Below are positions 38,825 to 48,349 of a stretch of 64,000 nt of DNA, piece by piece; within the stretch, counting starts at the first letter, position 1, and every line of letters starts with the position of its first letter. The DNA is taken from the NCBI GenBank assembly GCA_016124735.1, contig WGMZ01000031.1, forward strand, positions 121,992-185,991, in the 5' to 3' direction. Made by a program: the position numbers and the translations under genes. Below the pieces are notes generated by a model. It did no database searches. It worked only from the letters and a program-made list of their open reading frames with translations, and was not told where the DNA came from. The stretch comes from Bacteroidota bacterium (GTDB lineage Bacteria > Bacteroidota > Bacteroidia > UBA8524).

Positions 38825-39379
38825 AAATACCTGATTGCCGGTCTGGGAAATATAGGAGCAGAATATGCCAACACCCGTCATAATATCGGATTTAATGTGG
38901 TGGACGAATTGGCTCGCCGCATGGGTGTGCAATTTGAAGTTGGACGCCATGCATACATTGCTGAAGGTAAATTTAAAGGAAGGACTCTGGTATTAATCAA
39001 GCCCACCACTTACATGAACCTGAGCGGTAAGGCAGTGAATTACTGGATGAAAGAAGCGAAAATAAAAGATGAAAATCTATTGGTCATTACCGACGATCTT
39101 GCCCTGCCCTATGGAAAGTTGCGAATGAAGGGCAAAGGCAGTGATGGCGGGCATAACGGACTCAAGGACATCAATTTGGTTCTTGGACATAACCACTATC
39201 CACGACTCCGCTTCGGCATCGATGCTCGTTTTCATAAAGGACATCAGGTGGATTATGTGCTGGGCAAATGGAATGCGGAAGAAGAAAAGTTTCTGGACGA
39301 CTATGTCCAAAAAGCCGCAGATGCTGCTGAAGCATTCTGCAGTATCGGACTCGAAAGAGCCATGAATTTCTTCAATTAG
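38825..39379 (+). CDS. pth: peptidyl-tRNA hydrolase
   Basis: Start chosen at MKYLIAGLGNIG. Conserved HN(I/L)GF and GGHNGLKD motifs. Confidence 0.9.
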   Translation, partial: KYLIAGLGNIGAEYANTRHNIGFNVVDELARRMGVQFEVGRHAYIAEGKFKGRTLVLIKPTTYMNLSGKAVNYWMKEAKIKDENLLVITDDLALPYGKLRMKGKGSDGGHNGLKDINLVLGHNHYPRLRFGIDARFHKGHQVDYVLGKWNAEEEKFLDDYVQKAADAAEAFCSIGLERAMNFFN

Positions 39380-39434
39380 GAATATTTTCTTTCTTAAATG
39401 AATATATATTCATCTATTTTGCTTATCTTTTATT

Positions 39435-40019
39435 ATGGCAAGAGTTAAAGATAAGAATAAGCTTCATGCCATTCATGAGGCAGCATTGCATCTGGTAGTA
39501 AAAACAGGATTCACCAGCTTGAAGATGGCAGAGGTAGCACGTGAAGCAGGCATTGCCACAGGAACTCTGTATATTTACTATCCATCCAAAGAAGATTTGG
39601 TCAATATGCTTTACAGAAATATCAAATCAGAAATGGTGGAGCTTTTCGACGCAATAGTCATCGATGAGAACAATTACAAGCTCACTTTCCGGGAAATCTG
39701 GATGCGGTACTTTCGTTTTTGCATGGAAAATCCAGACAAAATGCTCTTTGTCGAACAATTCCATTATAGCGGCATTATTGAAGATGAGATTATTAAAAGC
39801 ACCAATAAAGCCATGGCTAAGATTGAAGATTTTCTGGCCTATGGCCAGCAAAGCGGCTGGATTGTCAAGGGCGGCCTTCACCTCCAAAAAGCATTTTTGC
39901 ACGGCGCCATTCATGAATGGGTTAAAAGCTTTGTAGCTAAACGGGTTAAACCCGGCGAAGAAACAGTTGAAAATTGCTTCAACATGACGTGGAATGGCCT
40001 GCATGTTGCACACCTTTAA
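39435..40019 (+). CDS. TetR/AcrR family transcriptional regulator
   Basis: 194 aa. N-terminal HTH (GFTSLKMAEVAREAGIATGTLYIYYPSKEDL). Confidence 0.8.
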   Translation: MARVKDKNKLHAIHEAALHLVVKTGFTSLKMAEVAREAGIATGTLYIYYPSKEDLVNMLYRNIKSEMVELFDAIVIDENNYKLTFREIWMRYFRFCMENPDKMLFVEQFHYSGIIEDEIIKSTNKAMAKIEDFLAYGQQSGWIVKGGLHLQKAFLHGAIHEWVKSFVAKRVKPGEETVENCFNMTWNGLHVAHL

Positions 40020-40055
40020 TTGGTCCTGAATTCCTGACTCACCTAATTCGTAACT

Positions 40056-40820
40056 ATGTATCCTTTAAAAAGTAAAAAATATAAAACCGGTATCGCCCTC
40101 GGTGGTGGTGGAGCCAGAGGTTACGCGCATTTGGGCGTATTGCAGGCATTGAAAGAAAAGGGAATTGAGGGAGATATATTCGCAGGAACCAGCTCTGGGG
40201 CGATCGCCGGTGCATTCATGGCCTCTGGCATGGATCCCCTCGAAGTATTTAAAATCATGAAACGGAATTCCATCTTCGACTTTGCCAAGATGACCATTCC
40301 TTCACTTGGCTTGATGAGACTGGGTCATCTGGGAAAATACCTGGGAGCACATATTCAATATGAAAATCTGGAAGACTTGCCCAAACCACTGATAATAGCC
40401 GTTTCCGATCTTTTCGAGGGAAAAGTCTGCTATCTAAAAGAAGGCCCTTTGATTCCTTTGGTGCAGGCCTCTGCTTCCATTCCGGTATTATTCTCACCAG
40501 TCGAATTAAACAAGACACTTTATGCCGATGGCGGCATCTTTGATAACCTTCCTTATATGGCAATTCAGGATCAGTGTCGCTATGTTTATGCCATCCATAT
40601 TAGCCCGGTTCGTCCGGTGAATCATCTAAAAAACCTTGCTCAAATTGCTACCCGCACCTTCGAATTGAGCGTGAATGGACATATTGAAGAAACACGTGGC
40701 AAGAAGCTCACGATCATTGCTCCCAAAGGAGTAGAGAATTATGATATTCTCGACGCCAAACATGCCGATCGTTTATTCGAAATCGGTTATGAACATACCA
40801 TCAAAATGAATCTGGACTGA
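40056..40820 (+). CDS. patatin-like phospholipase
   Basis: 254 aa. GGGARG oxyanion motif, GTSSG nucleophile, and a DGG catalytic Asp motif. Confidence 0.85.
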   Translation: MYPLKSKKYKTGIALGGGGARGYAHLGVLQALKEKGIEGDIFAGTSSGAIAGAFMASGMDPLEVFKIMKRNSIFDFAKMTIPSLGLMRLGHLGKYLGAHIQYENLEDLPKPLIIAVSDLFEGKVCYLKEGPLIPLVQASASIPVLFSPVELNKTLYADGGIFDNLPYMAIQDQCRYVYAIHISPVRPVNHLKNLAQIATRTFELSVNGHIEETRGKKLTIIAPKGVENYDILDAKHADRLFEIGYEHTIKMNLD

Positions 40821-40875
40821 CTCAAGTCATTTTTTGGCCTTGCCGAATTCCTTATCTTTATAAAAACCATAGATT

Positions 40876-41163
40876 ATGAACAGAGAAGAATTTCACGCCT
40901 ATGCAGACAAGAAAATAGATGAGATCTATGACCGTCTGGATGAATTAGAGAAAAAACGTGATTCCGCCACAGCCGCGGCAAAAGAAAAGTATTCCGATCA
41001 GATTGAAGCAGCCAAGAAAAAACGCGATGAACTAAAAGCAGATTTGCAAAAGCTAAAAGGCGCCAGTGGCGAGTCCTGGGAAGAATTGAAACTTGCATTT
41101 AATGAAAGCGCCGAATCCTTCAAGGTTCATCTTTCCAATATAAAGGCCCGCTTTAACGAGTAA
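40876..41163 (+). CDS. hypothetical coiled-coil protein
   Basis: 95 aa, Lys/Glu-rich with heptad-like periodicity. Overlaps the menF-like gene tail by 11 nt. Confidence 0.4.
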   Translation: MNREEFHAYADKKIDEIYDRLDELEKKRDSATAAAKEKYSDQIEAAKKKRDELKADLQKLKGASGESWEELKLAFNESAESFKVHLSNIKARFNE

Positions 41164-42151
41164 GGACCACTTTCGCCTTCTCGACCGTTTCCAGCCATTC
41201 CTGTTCAGGATTTGACTTCGCGGTAATTCCTGCCCCTACATACTGGTATGATTTACCATGTAACTGATGCAGGCAGCGCAGATTAACAAACAAGCGGCTT
41301 TCGGATGCGGATATTGTACCCATAAATCCGCTGTAATATGAACGAGACATTCCTTCGTGTTCCCGGATGAACTGCATCGCTTCCCCTTTCGGAATTCCTG
41401 CCACGGCAGGTGTTGGGGAAAGTCTTTGCAAGGCTTTCATGTCGCCGGGGTAATGCTCGTTTAATGAGGCTTCGATGCGGGTTTTAAGATGCAAAAGATG
41501 ACCGCTTTGGGAATATTCTTTGTCCTTTTGCTCCACATTCGAACTCCAGTCAGACACGCAGAACTTAATGTATTGCGTAACCAGATCCTGTTCTTCTTCC
41601 TCTTTGTATCCGAATGATGTATCCGGGCGCTGTGTTCCAGCCAAAGCCATGGTTTCTAGTGAATTTCCATTGCGATGTAAAAGCAGCTCCGGACTCGCTC
41701 CCATCCATAATCCTGTTGAGGGGCTAAACCAGAGGTAGCAAAATGCATCTTGATTTTTTAGACAAAGGCCATGGAAGTGATCCAAAGGATCTGCGTAATC
41801 ATGCCCCAGGAAAATGGCTCGTGCTGCCACAATCTTTTTGTAGCCTCCATTCCGAATCGCTTCAACGGAAGCATTTACATAATTGATGTAATCTGACTTA
41901 CCCCCGCAGTTTGGTGCCTCGATATGGATGGGGCTTTCCACCCCACTCACCCCTATACCATAAATGGGCAATTCATCTGTATCAAACGGGGCAAAGATAA
42001 ATCCAGGTTTGTCGGGCATTATTCCATCCCAGGCTTTTTCCAATGCAGGACCAAGATGATGCAGGGAGGGCTCATTCGGAAATCTCCAAATCACCCAGCT
42101 CATCCCATTTCTTATGGCCGAGTCAAGCTGTTCTTTATAATCGGAGCCCAT
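41153..42151 (-). CDS. menF: isochorismate synthase-like chorismate-binding enzyme
   Basis: 332 aa. Chorismate-binding C-terminal domain motifs (AGIPKGEAM, SRSYYSGFMG, GAGITAKSNPEQEW). Confidence 0.65.
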   Translation of the reverse strand: MGSDYKEQLDSAIRNGMSWVIWRFPNEPSLHHLGPALEKAWDGIMPDKPGFIFAPFDTDELPIYGIGVSGVESPIHIEAPNCGGKSDYINYVNASVEAIRNGGYKKIVAARAIFLGHDYADPLDHFHGLCLKNQDAFCYLWFSPSTGLWMGASPELLLHRNGNSLETMALAGTQRPDTSFGYKEEEEQDLVTQYIKFCVSDWSSNVEQKDKEYSQSGHLLHLKTRIEASLNEHYPGDMKALQRLSPTPAVAGIPKGEAMQFIREHEGMSRSYYSGFMGTISASESRLFVNLRCLHQLHGKSYQYVGAGITAKSNPEQEWLETVEKAKVVLTR

Positions 42152-42587
42152 CGTCCTTTATTTCAACTACGGTCATCGTAAGCCTGCTTACACATACCCG
42201 ATCTCCCACTTCATCCCGGATATCAATGTCCCACACCTGAGACGACTTGCCCACATGATAGGGACGGGCTGTTCCGTAAACATAGCCCTCCTTCGCCGGT
42301 TTGAGATGGTTGGCATTGATTTCCATTCCAAATGCCACGTATTTGTTTCGATCGATTAAAAGATTGGCTGCCATGCTTCCGAGAGTTTCCGAAAGTGCGA
42401 GAGAAGCGCCGCCATTCAGCATTTTTAACGGCTGAAAAGTTCTTTCATCTACCGGCATCCGGGCTTTAAGAAAATCTTCATGAATCTCAATGTATTCAAT
42501 TCCAATTAATTCGGCCATGGTGCCCTTCATCCGCTCATTTAATTGCTGGAGCGGTATATTTGTGTCAATTTTTGGTAACTGTCTCAT
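42135..42587 (-). CDS. hotdog-fold thioesterase (PaaI/DHNA-CoA hydrolase type)
   Basis: 150 aa. LNGGASLALSE...G motif of PaaI-family thioesterases. Overlaps the menF-like gene by 17 nt. Confidence 0.7.
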   Translation of the reverse strand: MRQLPKIDTNIPLQQLNERMKGTMAELIGIEYIEIHEDFLKARMPVDERTFQPLKMLNGGASLALSETLGSMAANLLIDRNKYVAFGMEINANHLKPAKEGYVYGTARPYHVGKSSQVWDIDIRDEVGDRVCVSRLTMTVVEIKDDGLRL

Positions 42588-42589
42588 CT

Positions 42590-43231
42590 ATGAACGGAGT
42601 GTTGCAAAGTTCCTCTAAGCCACAGAAAAAAACAATTTACCTTATCCGTCATGGAGAAACGGAATTCAATCGATTGGGCATTGTCCAGGGAAGCGGCGTC
42701 GATAGTGACCTGAACGGAACAGGTCTTCATCAGGCAGAGCGCTTCTTTTTGAGTTATCGGAGTCATCCATTTGATCGGATTTACACTTCGGCCCTGCGAA
42801 GAACACAACAATCTGTTCAATCTTTTTTAAGTTCAGGCATCCCTCATACCATACTTCCAGAATTGAATGAGATCAGTTGGGGAGATTACGAAGGGAAAGA
42901 AAGTAAAGCATTCTGGAAACAGGATTATTTGGATATGATTGAGGCCTGGAAGAACGGAAATCTGGAATACCGCATTCCCGGCGGTGAAAATCCTTTGGAA
43001 TTGCAAACAAGACAAAAAATAGCCCTGCAACATATCCTTTCCCGTCCGAACGAAGAACAGGTTTTGGTTTGCATGCACGGACGTGCCATGAAGAGTTTCC
43101 TTTGTCTGATGCTGGACCTGCCTTTGAATCGAATGGATGAGTTCGAACATCAAAATCTCTGTTTGTATTTACTGGAACACGAGAATGGTCGTTTCAAATT
43201 ATTGGAAGCCAACAATACCCGGCACCTTTAA
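42590..43231 (+). CDS. histidine phosphatase family protein (phosphoglycerate-mutase-like)
   Basis: IYLIRHGETEFN catalytic RHG motif. Start chosen at MNGVLQ; the ORF track starts at 42560. Confidence 0.75.
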   Translation: MNGVLQSSSKPQKKTIYLIRHGETEFNRLGIVQGSGVDSDLNGTGLHQAERFFLSYRSHPFDRIYTSALRRTQQSVQSFLSSGIPHTILPELNEISWGDYEGKESKAFWKQDYLDMIEAWKNGNLEYRIPGGENPLELQTRQKIALQHILSRPNEEQVLVCMHGRAMKSFLCLMLDLPLNRMDEFEHQNLCLYLLEHENGRFKLLEANNTRHL

Positions 43232-43299
43232 GGATCGAAACAGCCCGTTTTTAATGTTATTCATACTAACCTATATTTGCAGCACTTTTTAAAACCGAT

Positions 43300-44439
43300 A
43301 TGAATTTTGAACTGAGTGAAGAACACCTGATGATCCAACAAGCAGCGCGCGATTTTGCGAATGCTGAATTGTTGCCAGGCGTATGCGAACGCGACGAGAA
43401 GGGCATTTTCCCAATGGAACAAATCCGTAAAATGGGTGAGCTCGGCTTTATGGGGATGATGGTTAGCCCTGAATACGGCGGTGGAGGAATGGATACCATT
43501 TCTTATGTGTTGGCAATGGAAGAAATTTCCAAAGTAGATGCATCTGCATCGGTGGTTATGTCGGTAAATAATTCTCTTGTTTGCTGGGGACTCGAAACCT
43601 ACGGAAACGAAGAACAAAAACAAAAATACCTTGTACCGATGGCGAGCGGAAAAGTGCACGGCGCATTTCTCCTGTCGGAGCCTGAAGCGGGATCAGACGC
43701 AACATCACAGCGCACTACCGCATTCGATCAGGGCGATTATTACCTGTTAAATGGTACAAAAAACTGGATCACCAACGGAAGCACCGCCGACTACTATTTG
43801 GTAATCGCTCAGTCTGACGTGGAAGCCGGCCACCGTGGTATCAACGCATTCATCGTTGAAAAAGCATGGGACGGTGTAACAGTGGGTAAGAAAGAAGATA
43901 AAATGGGAATTCGTGGATCCGATACCCATTCCATTATGTTCCAGGACGTAAAAGTTCCAAAAGAAAATCGCATCGGAGAAAATGGATTCGGATTTAAATT
44001 CGCCATGAAAACATTGGCGGGTGGCCGTATTGGTATCGCTTCCCAAGCTTTGGGTATTGCTTCTGGGGCCTACGAAAGAGCACTGGCTTATTCCAAAGAA
44101 CGTAAAGCGTTCGGAAAAGAAATCATGAACCATCAGGCCATTCAATTTAAACTGGCAGACATGGCCACTGAGATTGAAGCCGCACGCTTGCTTTGTTTGA
44201 GAGCGGCCTGGTTAAAAGACCAAAAGCAAGATTATGGTTTGGCCTCTTCCATGGCTAAAGTATTTGCTTCTGAAACGGCCATGAAAACAACAACCGAAGC
44301 CGTTCAGGTTCACGGAGGTTATGGTTACGTTCGCGAATATCATGTAGAAAGAATGATGCGTGATGCAAAAATCACCCAGATTTACGAAGGCACTTCTGAA
44401 GTAAACCGCATTGTGATTTCCAGAGCAATTTTGAAGTAA
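43300..44439 (+). CDS. acyl-CoA dehydrogenase (short/medium-chain type)
   Basis: 379 aa. Full-length ACAD with the catalytic C-terminal YEGTSEV motif. Confidence 0.9.
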   Translation: MNFELSEEHLMIQQAARDFANAELLPGVCERDEKGIFPMEQIRKMGELGFMGMMVSPEYGGGGMDTISYVLAMEEISKVDASASVVMSVNNSLVCWGLETYGNEEQKQKYLVPMASGKVHGAFLLSEPEAGSDATSQRTTAFDQGDYYLLNGTKNWITNGSTADYYLVIAQSDVEAGHRGINAFIVEKAWDGVTVGKKEDKMGIRGSDTHSIMFQDVKVPKENRIGENGFGFKFAMKTLAGGRIGIASQALGIASGAYERALAYSKERKAFGKEIMNHQAIQFKLADMATEIEAARLLCLRAAWLKDQKQDYGLASSMAKVFASETAMKTTTEAVQVHGGYGYVREYHVERMMRDAKITQIYEGTSEVNRIVISRAILK

Positions 44440-44471
44440 TATTCAATCTGCAGATGGACCAAAATATTTAA

Positions 44472-44500
44472 AACCCGGCAAACGTCGGGTTTTTTGTTTT
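44472..44500 (+). terminator. rho-independent terminator after the acyl-CoA dehydrogenase gene
   Basis: AACCCGGC-AAAC-GTCGGGTTTTTTGTTTT. A 6-bp GC stem plus T-tract, 35 nt after the stop. Confidence 0.7.
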
Positions 44501-44514
44501 TCGGGAAAACTCAG

Positions 44515-44735
44515 CGAAATATTGTCACTCAGGCCCTCCGGGCCGAGTGACCTGCGATTTCTTTGCTCCGCTTAAGAGCGCTCCGGACTTTCCGGATCGA
44601 GCGCTTCAGGTTTCCGGAAAAAATCAACAGCTTAACATTCCTGCCAAATATTGTCACTCGGCCCGGAGGACCTGAGTGACCTGCGATTTCTTTGCTCCGC
44701 TTAATAGCGCTCCGGCCTTCCGGGCCGAGCGCTCC
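44515..44735. repeat. REP-like palindromic repeat doublet (two ~120-bp units, each with two GC-rich hairpins)
   Basis: Unit 1 (44515-44640) and unit 2 (44645-44735) share ATATTGTCACTC-[GGCCC..GGGCC]-GAGTGACCTGCGATTTCTTTGCTCCGCTTAA-AGCGCTCCGG...CCGG..GAGCGCT. Hairpin A is a 12-bp stem; hairpin B is built on the AGCGCT palindrome. Confidence 0.8.
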
Positions 44736-44810
44736 CAATCCTCTGAGTATTTTGACATTCCCTGGACTTTTGGACTCGTGATGTGTTCGAATCAGCTATA
44801 AATTGTCTGT

Positions 44811-45281
44811 ATGCAAACTTTCTTTTTTACTTGTGTCGCCACCTCCAGAAAGCCCATCTTTGATCGCCAAAACCTCGATTTCATTAATGCAATCATTCAA
44901 TGTTGCGAGTACTTTTCCTTACGCCCGAGTTTCTTGCTTCACGCTTTAAGCATAATGCCTAATCATATTCATTTCTTATATTCAGAAATAGACTGTAAAA
45001 CAGATTTTAATACCCGCTTTCTTCGATTCACAACCAAACAAATACTTTCTACAAATAATCTTAGGTTAAAACATGAAAGAGTATCCTTTACATCCAATTA
45101 TAATGACAGAAAAACTCAAGTTTGGAGACCAAGAAGCAAGCTAATCCTGGTACATAATAAGCAACAATATTTTGCAGTGAAGAGGTATATCCATTCAAAT
45201 CACCTCAAGGAATTTTGGAAAGGTGCCGCTTTCAATCAAAAATTCCCCAGTCTGACTTTTTCGCCAAGATTCTGGGATTGA
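44811..45281 (+). CDS. IS200/IS605-like HuH (Y1) transposase, REP-associated tyrosine transposase (RAYT) candidate
   Basis: 156 aa. N-terminal FHxTxxTxxRKPIF-like segment, an HIH (HuH) motif in MPNHIHFLY, and a C-terminal RYIHSN resembling the IS200 catalytic Tyr motif YIxNQ. Flanked on both sides by the same palindromic repeat. The stop codon lies 1 nt from the downstream repeat. Confidence 0.65.
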   Translation: MQTFFFTCVATSRKPIFDRQNLDFINAIIQCCEYFSLRPSFLLHALSIMPNHIHFLYSEIDCKTDFNTRFLRFTTKQILSTNNLRLKHERVSFTSNYNDRKTQVWRPRSKLILVHNKQQYFAVKRYIHSNHLKEFWKGAAFNQKFPSLTFSPRFWD

Positions 45282-45495
45282 TTGTCACTCGGCCCGGAGG
45301 GCCTGAGTGACCTGCGATTTCTTTGCTCCGCTTAATAGCGCTCCGGCCTTTCCGGATCGAGCGCTTCAGGTTTCCGGAAAAAATCAACAGATTAACATTC
45401 CAGCGAAATATTGTCACTCCGCCCGGAGGGCCTGAGTGACCTGCGATTTCTTTGCTCCGCTTAATAGCGCTCCGGCCTTCCGAGCTCAGAGCTCC
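45282..45495. repeat. REP-like palindromic repeat doublet (copies 3 and 4)
   Basis: Units at 45282-45401 and 45405-45495 are about 90% identical to units 1-2 and in the same orientation. Spurious ORFs 44529..44738 and 45232..45417 lie inside these repeats. Confidence 0.8.
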
Positions 45496-45517
45496 CTACA
45501 TTTTCTGGTAATTGTCT

Positions 45518-46246
45518 TTATAAAAGAATCCGAATACCAAAATTGGCGGAATATTGGACACTGGCATATTTAGTCTCATTCAACCAATTATTAAGAATCG
45601 TCTGATGTGGCCCATATAAGCCTTTTAATTCCTGTTTCCAGGCCAAACCTGTCCTGTCATTAAATGGGACCAGGATTCCAAGCTCACCAAAAACTTGAAA
45701 ATCGCAGCACTTCCAACTCATCAGAGAATAATTGTAGCCCATACGGAAAAACGAATAGATATTCCAGGTTGATCCTTTCCCTGTAAAAGTCCTATAAGCC
45801 AAATTACCAGAGGAATCACGCAAAGATGAATAACCCTCCAATCGAAAGGTATACGTTTGCCAACTCAATCCAAAATCAAGGTAAATCGAATTTTTCTTCT
45901 CTTTTCCAAATTTTCTCTGAAGTCCTGCAGATACCATACTACGCGATTGTTGTTCACTCCCTGTAAGAAAAAACATCGCATTTGTTGTCTGACTGAATGT
46001 TTGAGGATAATAGTATTGACCCGACTGAAAAAAATCCAACATTGTTCGAAGTTGCCAAAGGGAATCGAGTTTCCAATACTTACCAATTCCTGAGCCTATA
46101 TCATAATGTCCGGTTTTTATCGCATGCTTTTGTCCTGGCATAGTGGCAAAATAAAATCCTTCTTGTAAACTGAAGACTGTTTGACCATTTACATTGTTCG
46201 CCAGGAAAAAAGTTAAAATTAATACTACTATTCCTCCTTGTTTCAT
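45518..46246 (-). CDS. hypothetical outer-membrane beta-barrel-like protein
   Basis: 242 aa. Signal peptide (LILTFFLANNVNGQ). Alternating aromatic/polar pattern. Confidence 0.4.
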   Translation of the reverse strand: MKQGGIVVLILTFFLANNVNGQTVFSLQEGFYFATMPGQKHAIKTGHYDIGSGIGKYWKLDSLWQLRTMLDFFQSGQYYYPQTFSQTTNAMFFLTGSEQQSRSMVSAGLQRKFGKEKKNSIYLDFGLSWQTYTFRLEGYSSLRDSSGNLAYRTFTGKGSTWNIYSFFRMGYNYSLMSWKCCDFQVFGELGILVPFNDRTGLAWKQELKGLYGPHQTILNNWLNETKYASVQYSANFGIRILL

Positions 46247-47064
46247 TATTTCAGTTTGAATGGAATGCTTACCGAACCCACCGTCAGTGTTGCATCATTG
46301 TCGCAAGTACCGTTACCGTAATCGATTATTCTTGGAGTAATACCTGTTTTACTGATTTGAAGAACCCCTTTATCAATATATGCACATGCCAATGCTCTAT
46401 GTAGATTGCTTTGTATATCCAGATTGTATACGGCATTGGAGGAAGTAGTCAAGGTTGCTGAACCTTCCATCTCCCAGGCATCGTCGGTCCAGTTAGCTGG
46501 CGTTCCGCTTCCGGCAACCCAATGCATAATCCTGTTACAAATCCAGCCTACAGTTCCACCATTCAATGGTTTTATTACAGTGCCATTCACATCTACCTGC
46601 CAATGTGGATTACTGTTCGCATCCAACCCAAGATTGGTTACCATTTTGGTACCATTTAATCCATAGTCGTTCACATAATAATTGGAAGGAGTGATAGTAA
46701 TCACATTCCCGCTATCCCAATAGGTTTTGGTATAGGTAATGTCGAGGACTCCCCTTCTGAATCGATTGTCTTTACACAAACAGTTGCTGGAGCCAAAATC
46801 AACTTTAATTTTTTTGTTCGATTGATCCAGTGTTACCGTAGCACAGCCCGCACTTTTAAATGATGAAAGGCTGCCAGATTCCGCTTCATCTGCAATGGAT
46901 TTTAAATCTCCAAAATACTGTTCGGAGATAACCAGTTCCTGCCCCATAAGCAGGTCACCCGAGTTTTCAGGTTGCGAAGTAGTTGTTTTGTCTTTTTTAC
47001 AGCTCGCAAAAATGAGCACAGAGAGAACGGCGGAAAGTATTCCGCAATTTTTGGATATAGTCAT
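46246..47064 (-). CDS. hypothetical lipoprotein
   Basis: 272 aa. Lipobox IFASC. Ser/Thr/Asn-rich. Translationally coupled to the downstream OM protein gene (1-nt overlap). Confidence 0.45.
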   Translation of the reverse strand: MTISKNCGILSAVLSVLIFASCKKDKTTTSQPENSGDLLMGQELVISEQYFGDLKSIADEAESGSLSSFKSAGCATVTLDQSNKKIKVDFGSSNCLCKDNRFRRGVLDITYTKTYWDSGNVITITPSNYYVNDYGLNGTKMVTNLGLDANSNPHWQVDVNGTVIKPLNGGTVGWICNRIMHWVAGSGTPANWTDDAWEMEGSATLTTSSNAVYNLDIQSNLHRALACAYIDKGVLQISKTGITPRIIDYGNGTCDNDATLTVGSVSIPFKLK

Positions 47065-47080
47065 AGTTGATTCGTTTTTA

Positions 47081-48307
47081 CTACAAATGGGCGCCGACCA
47101 GAAGATCGATATCCTTGTATTTCAAGTTGAACCGCTCCCCGATATGGCGTTTAACCAGATTTCCTTTATAAATATACACTCCATTACGGATAATCATATT
47201 CTCCCAGAAATAGTTTTTAAACCCTCCGCTATCGGCAATATCCAGTAGGATTGGTGTAAAAATATTGCTCAAAGCATAGCTGGCTGTTCTGGCCACACGC
47301 GACGGAATATTTGGCACTCCGTAATGAATGACATCATGTTTCAGTACCGTAGGATTGGTATGGGTAGTTACTTCGGAGGTTTCAAAACATCCCCCCTGAT
47401 CAATACTAACATCCACAATGACCGCTCCGGGTTTCATCTTACTGACCATTTCTTCGCTTACCACATTCGGGCTTCTACCTTCGTCACTTCGTAAAGCCCC
47501 AATAGCCAAATCGCATGTAAGAAGTGCCTTACCTAAAATATTGGGCTGAATAATGGAGGTGAAAACAGGAATACCGATATGATTTTGCAAACGACGCAGC
47601 TTCGCTAAGGAGTTGTCAAAAACCTTGACACTCGCTCCCAATGCAACCGCAGTTCTGGCCGCGTATTCTCCCACTGTGCCTGCACCGATAATCACCACTT
47701 CGGACGGAGGGATTCCAGATATTCCGCCCAGCAATTCGCCCTTGCCGCCACGAGGGTTGCCGAGGTATTCAGCACCAATCAGCACAGCCGATCTTCCCGC
47801 AATCTCGCTCATGCTCCGAATGATGGACAATGTGTCTTCCTGATCTTTCAGAAACTCGTAGGCAATGGCGGTAATCTTTTTATTGATGAGCTGCTTGATA
47901 TAGGAATCCGTGAGGTTGGTCATCTGAATAGCCGAAAACAAATAATGTCCCGGCGTCATCATATCAATCTCCTCTTTGGTGGGAGGATCAATCTTTAAGA
48001 TGATATCCGATTTATATACTTCCTCTTTGCCGTATACAATCTTGGCACCCGCTTCACTGTACTGGCGGTCTTGGAAATTGGCGTTTTTTCCCGCTCCGGA
48101 TTCAATGGTTATTTCATGTCCGGAATTTACCAGCAAGGCAACAGATGAAGGGGTAAGTGGAACGCGGTTTTCCTGATAGGTAATCTCCTTCGGTATACCA
48201 ACAGAGAGCCGCAATTCGTTTTTTCTGATCTCCAACAATTGTTCTTGTGGCTGCAGAGACGCCTGCTTTGCCAACTCCTGAAAAGGCGATTTGGGGGTTT
48301 CTTTCAT
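47081..48307 (-). CDS. alanine dehydrogenase/PNT-family NAD(P)-binding protein (second Ald paralog)
   Basis: 408 aa. AlaDH/PNT N- and C-domains (VGIPKEITYQENRVPLTP; VIIGAGTVGEYAA; VSIDQGGCFETSE) with a ~35-aa N-terminal extension. Confidence 0.75.
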   Translation of the reverse strand: MKETPKSPFQELAKQASLQPQEQLLEIRKNELRLSVGIPKEITYQENRVPLTPSSVALLVNSGHEITIESGAGKNANFQDRQYSEAGAKIVYGKEEVYKSDIILKIDPPTKEEIDMMTPGHYLFSAIQMTNLTDSYIKQLINKKITAIAYEFLKDQEDTLSIIRSMSEIAGRSAVLIGAEYLGNPRGGKGELLGGISGIPPSEVVIIGAGTVGEYAARTAVALGASVKVFDNSLAKLRRLQNHIGIPVFTSIIQPNILGKALLTCDLAIGALRSDEGRSPNVVSEEMVSKMKPGAVIVDVSIDQGGCFETSEVTTHTNPTVLKHDVIHYGVPNIPSRVARTASYALSNIFTPILLDIADSGGFKNYFWENMIIRNGVYIYKGNLVKRHIGERFNLKYKDIDLLVGAHL

Positions 48308-48349
48308 GAAAGCCGAATAGGTCTTTTAAAGGTACGAATATTCCCCGAA

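Larger units (their letters stand above)
44515..45495 (+). mobile_element. REPtron-like unit: RAYT-type transposase gene bracketed by REP-like doublets
   Basis: Repeat - transposase - repeat architecture, inserted between a terminator-ended operon and a convergent minus-strand gene. Confidence 0.55.

Noticed and set aside
44529-45417. ORFs 44529..44738(-) and 45232..45417(-), whose translations both contain …GHSGPPGRVT…
   Set aside because: They lie entirely inside copies of the REP-like repeat. The shared peptide is just the repeat translated. No independent coding signal.
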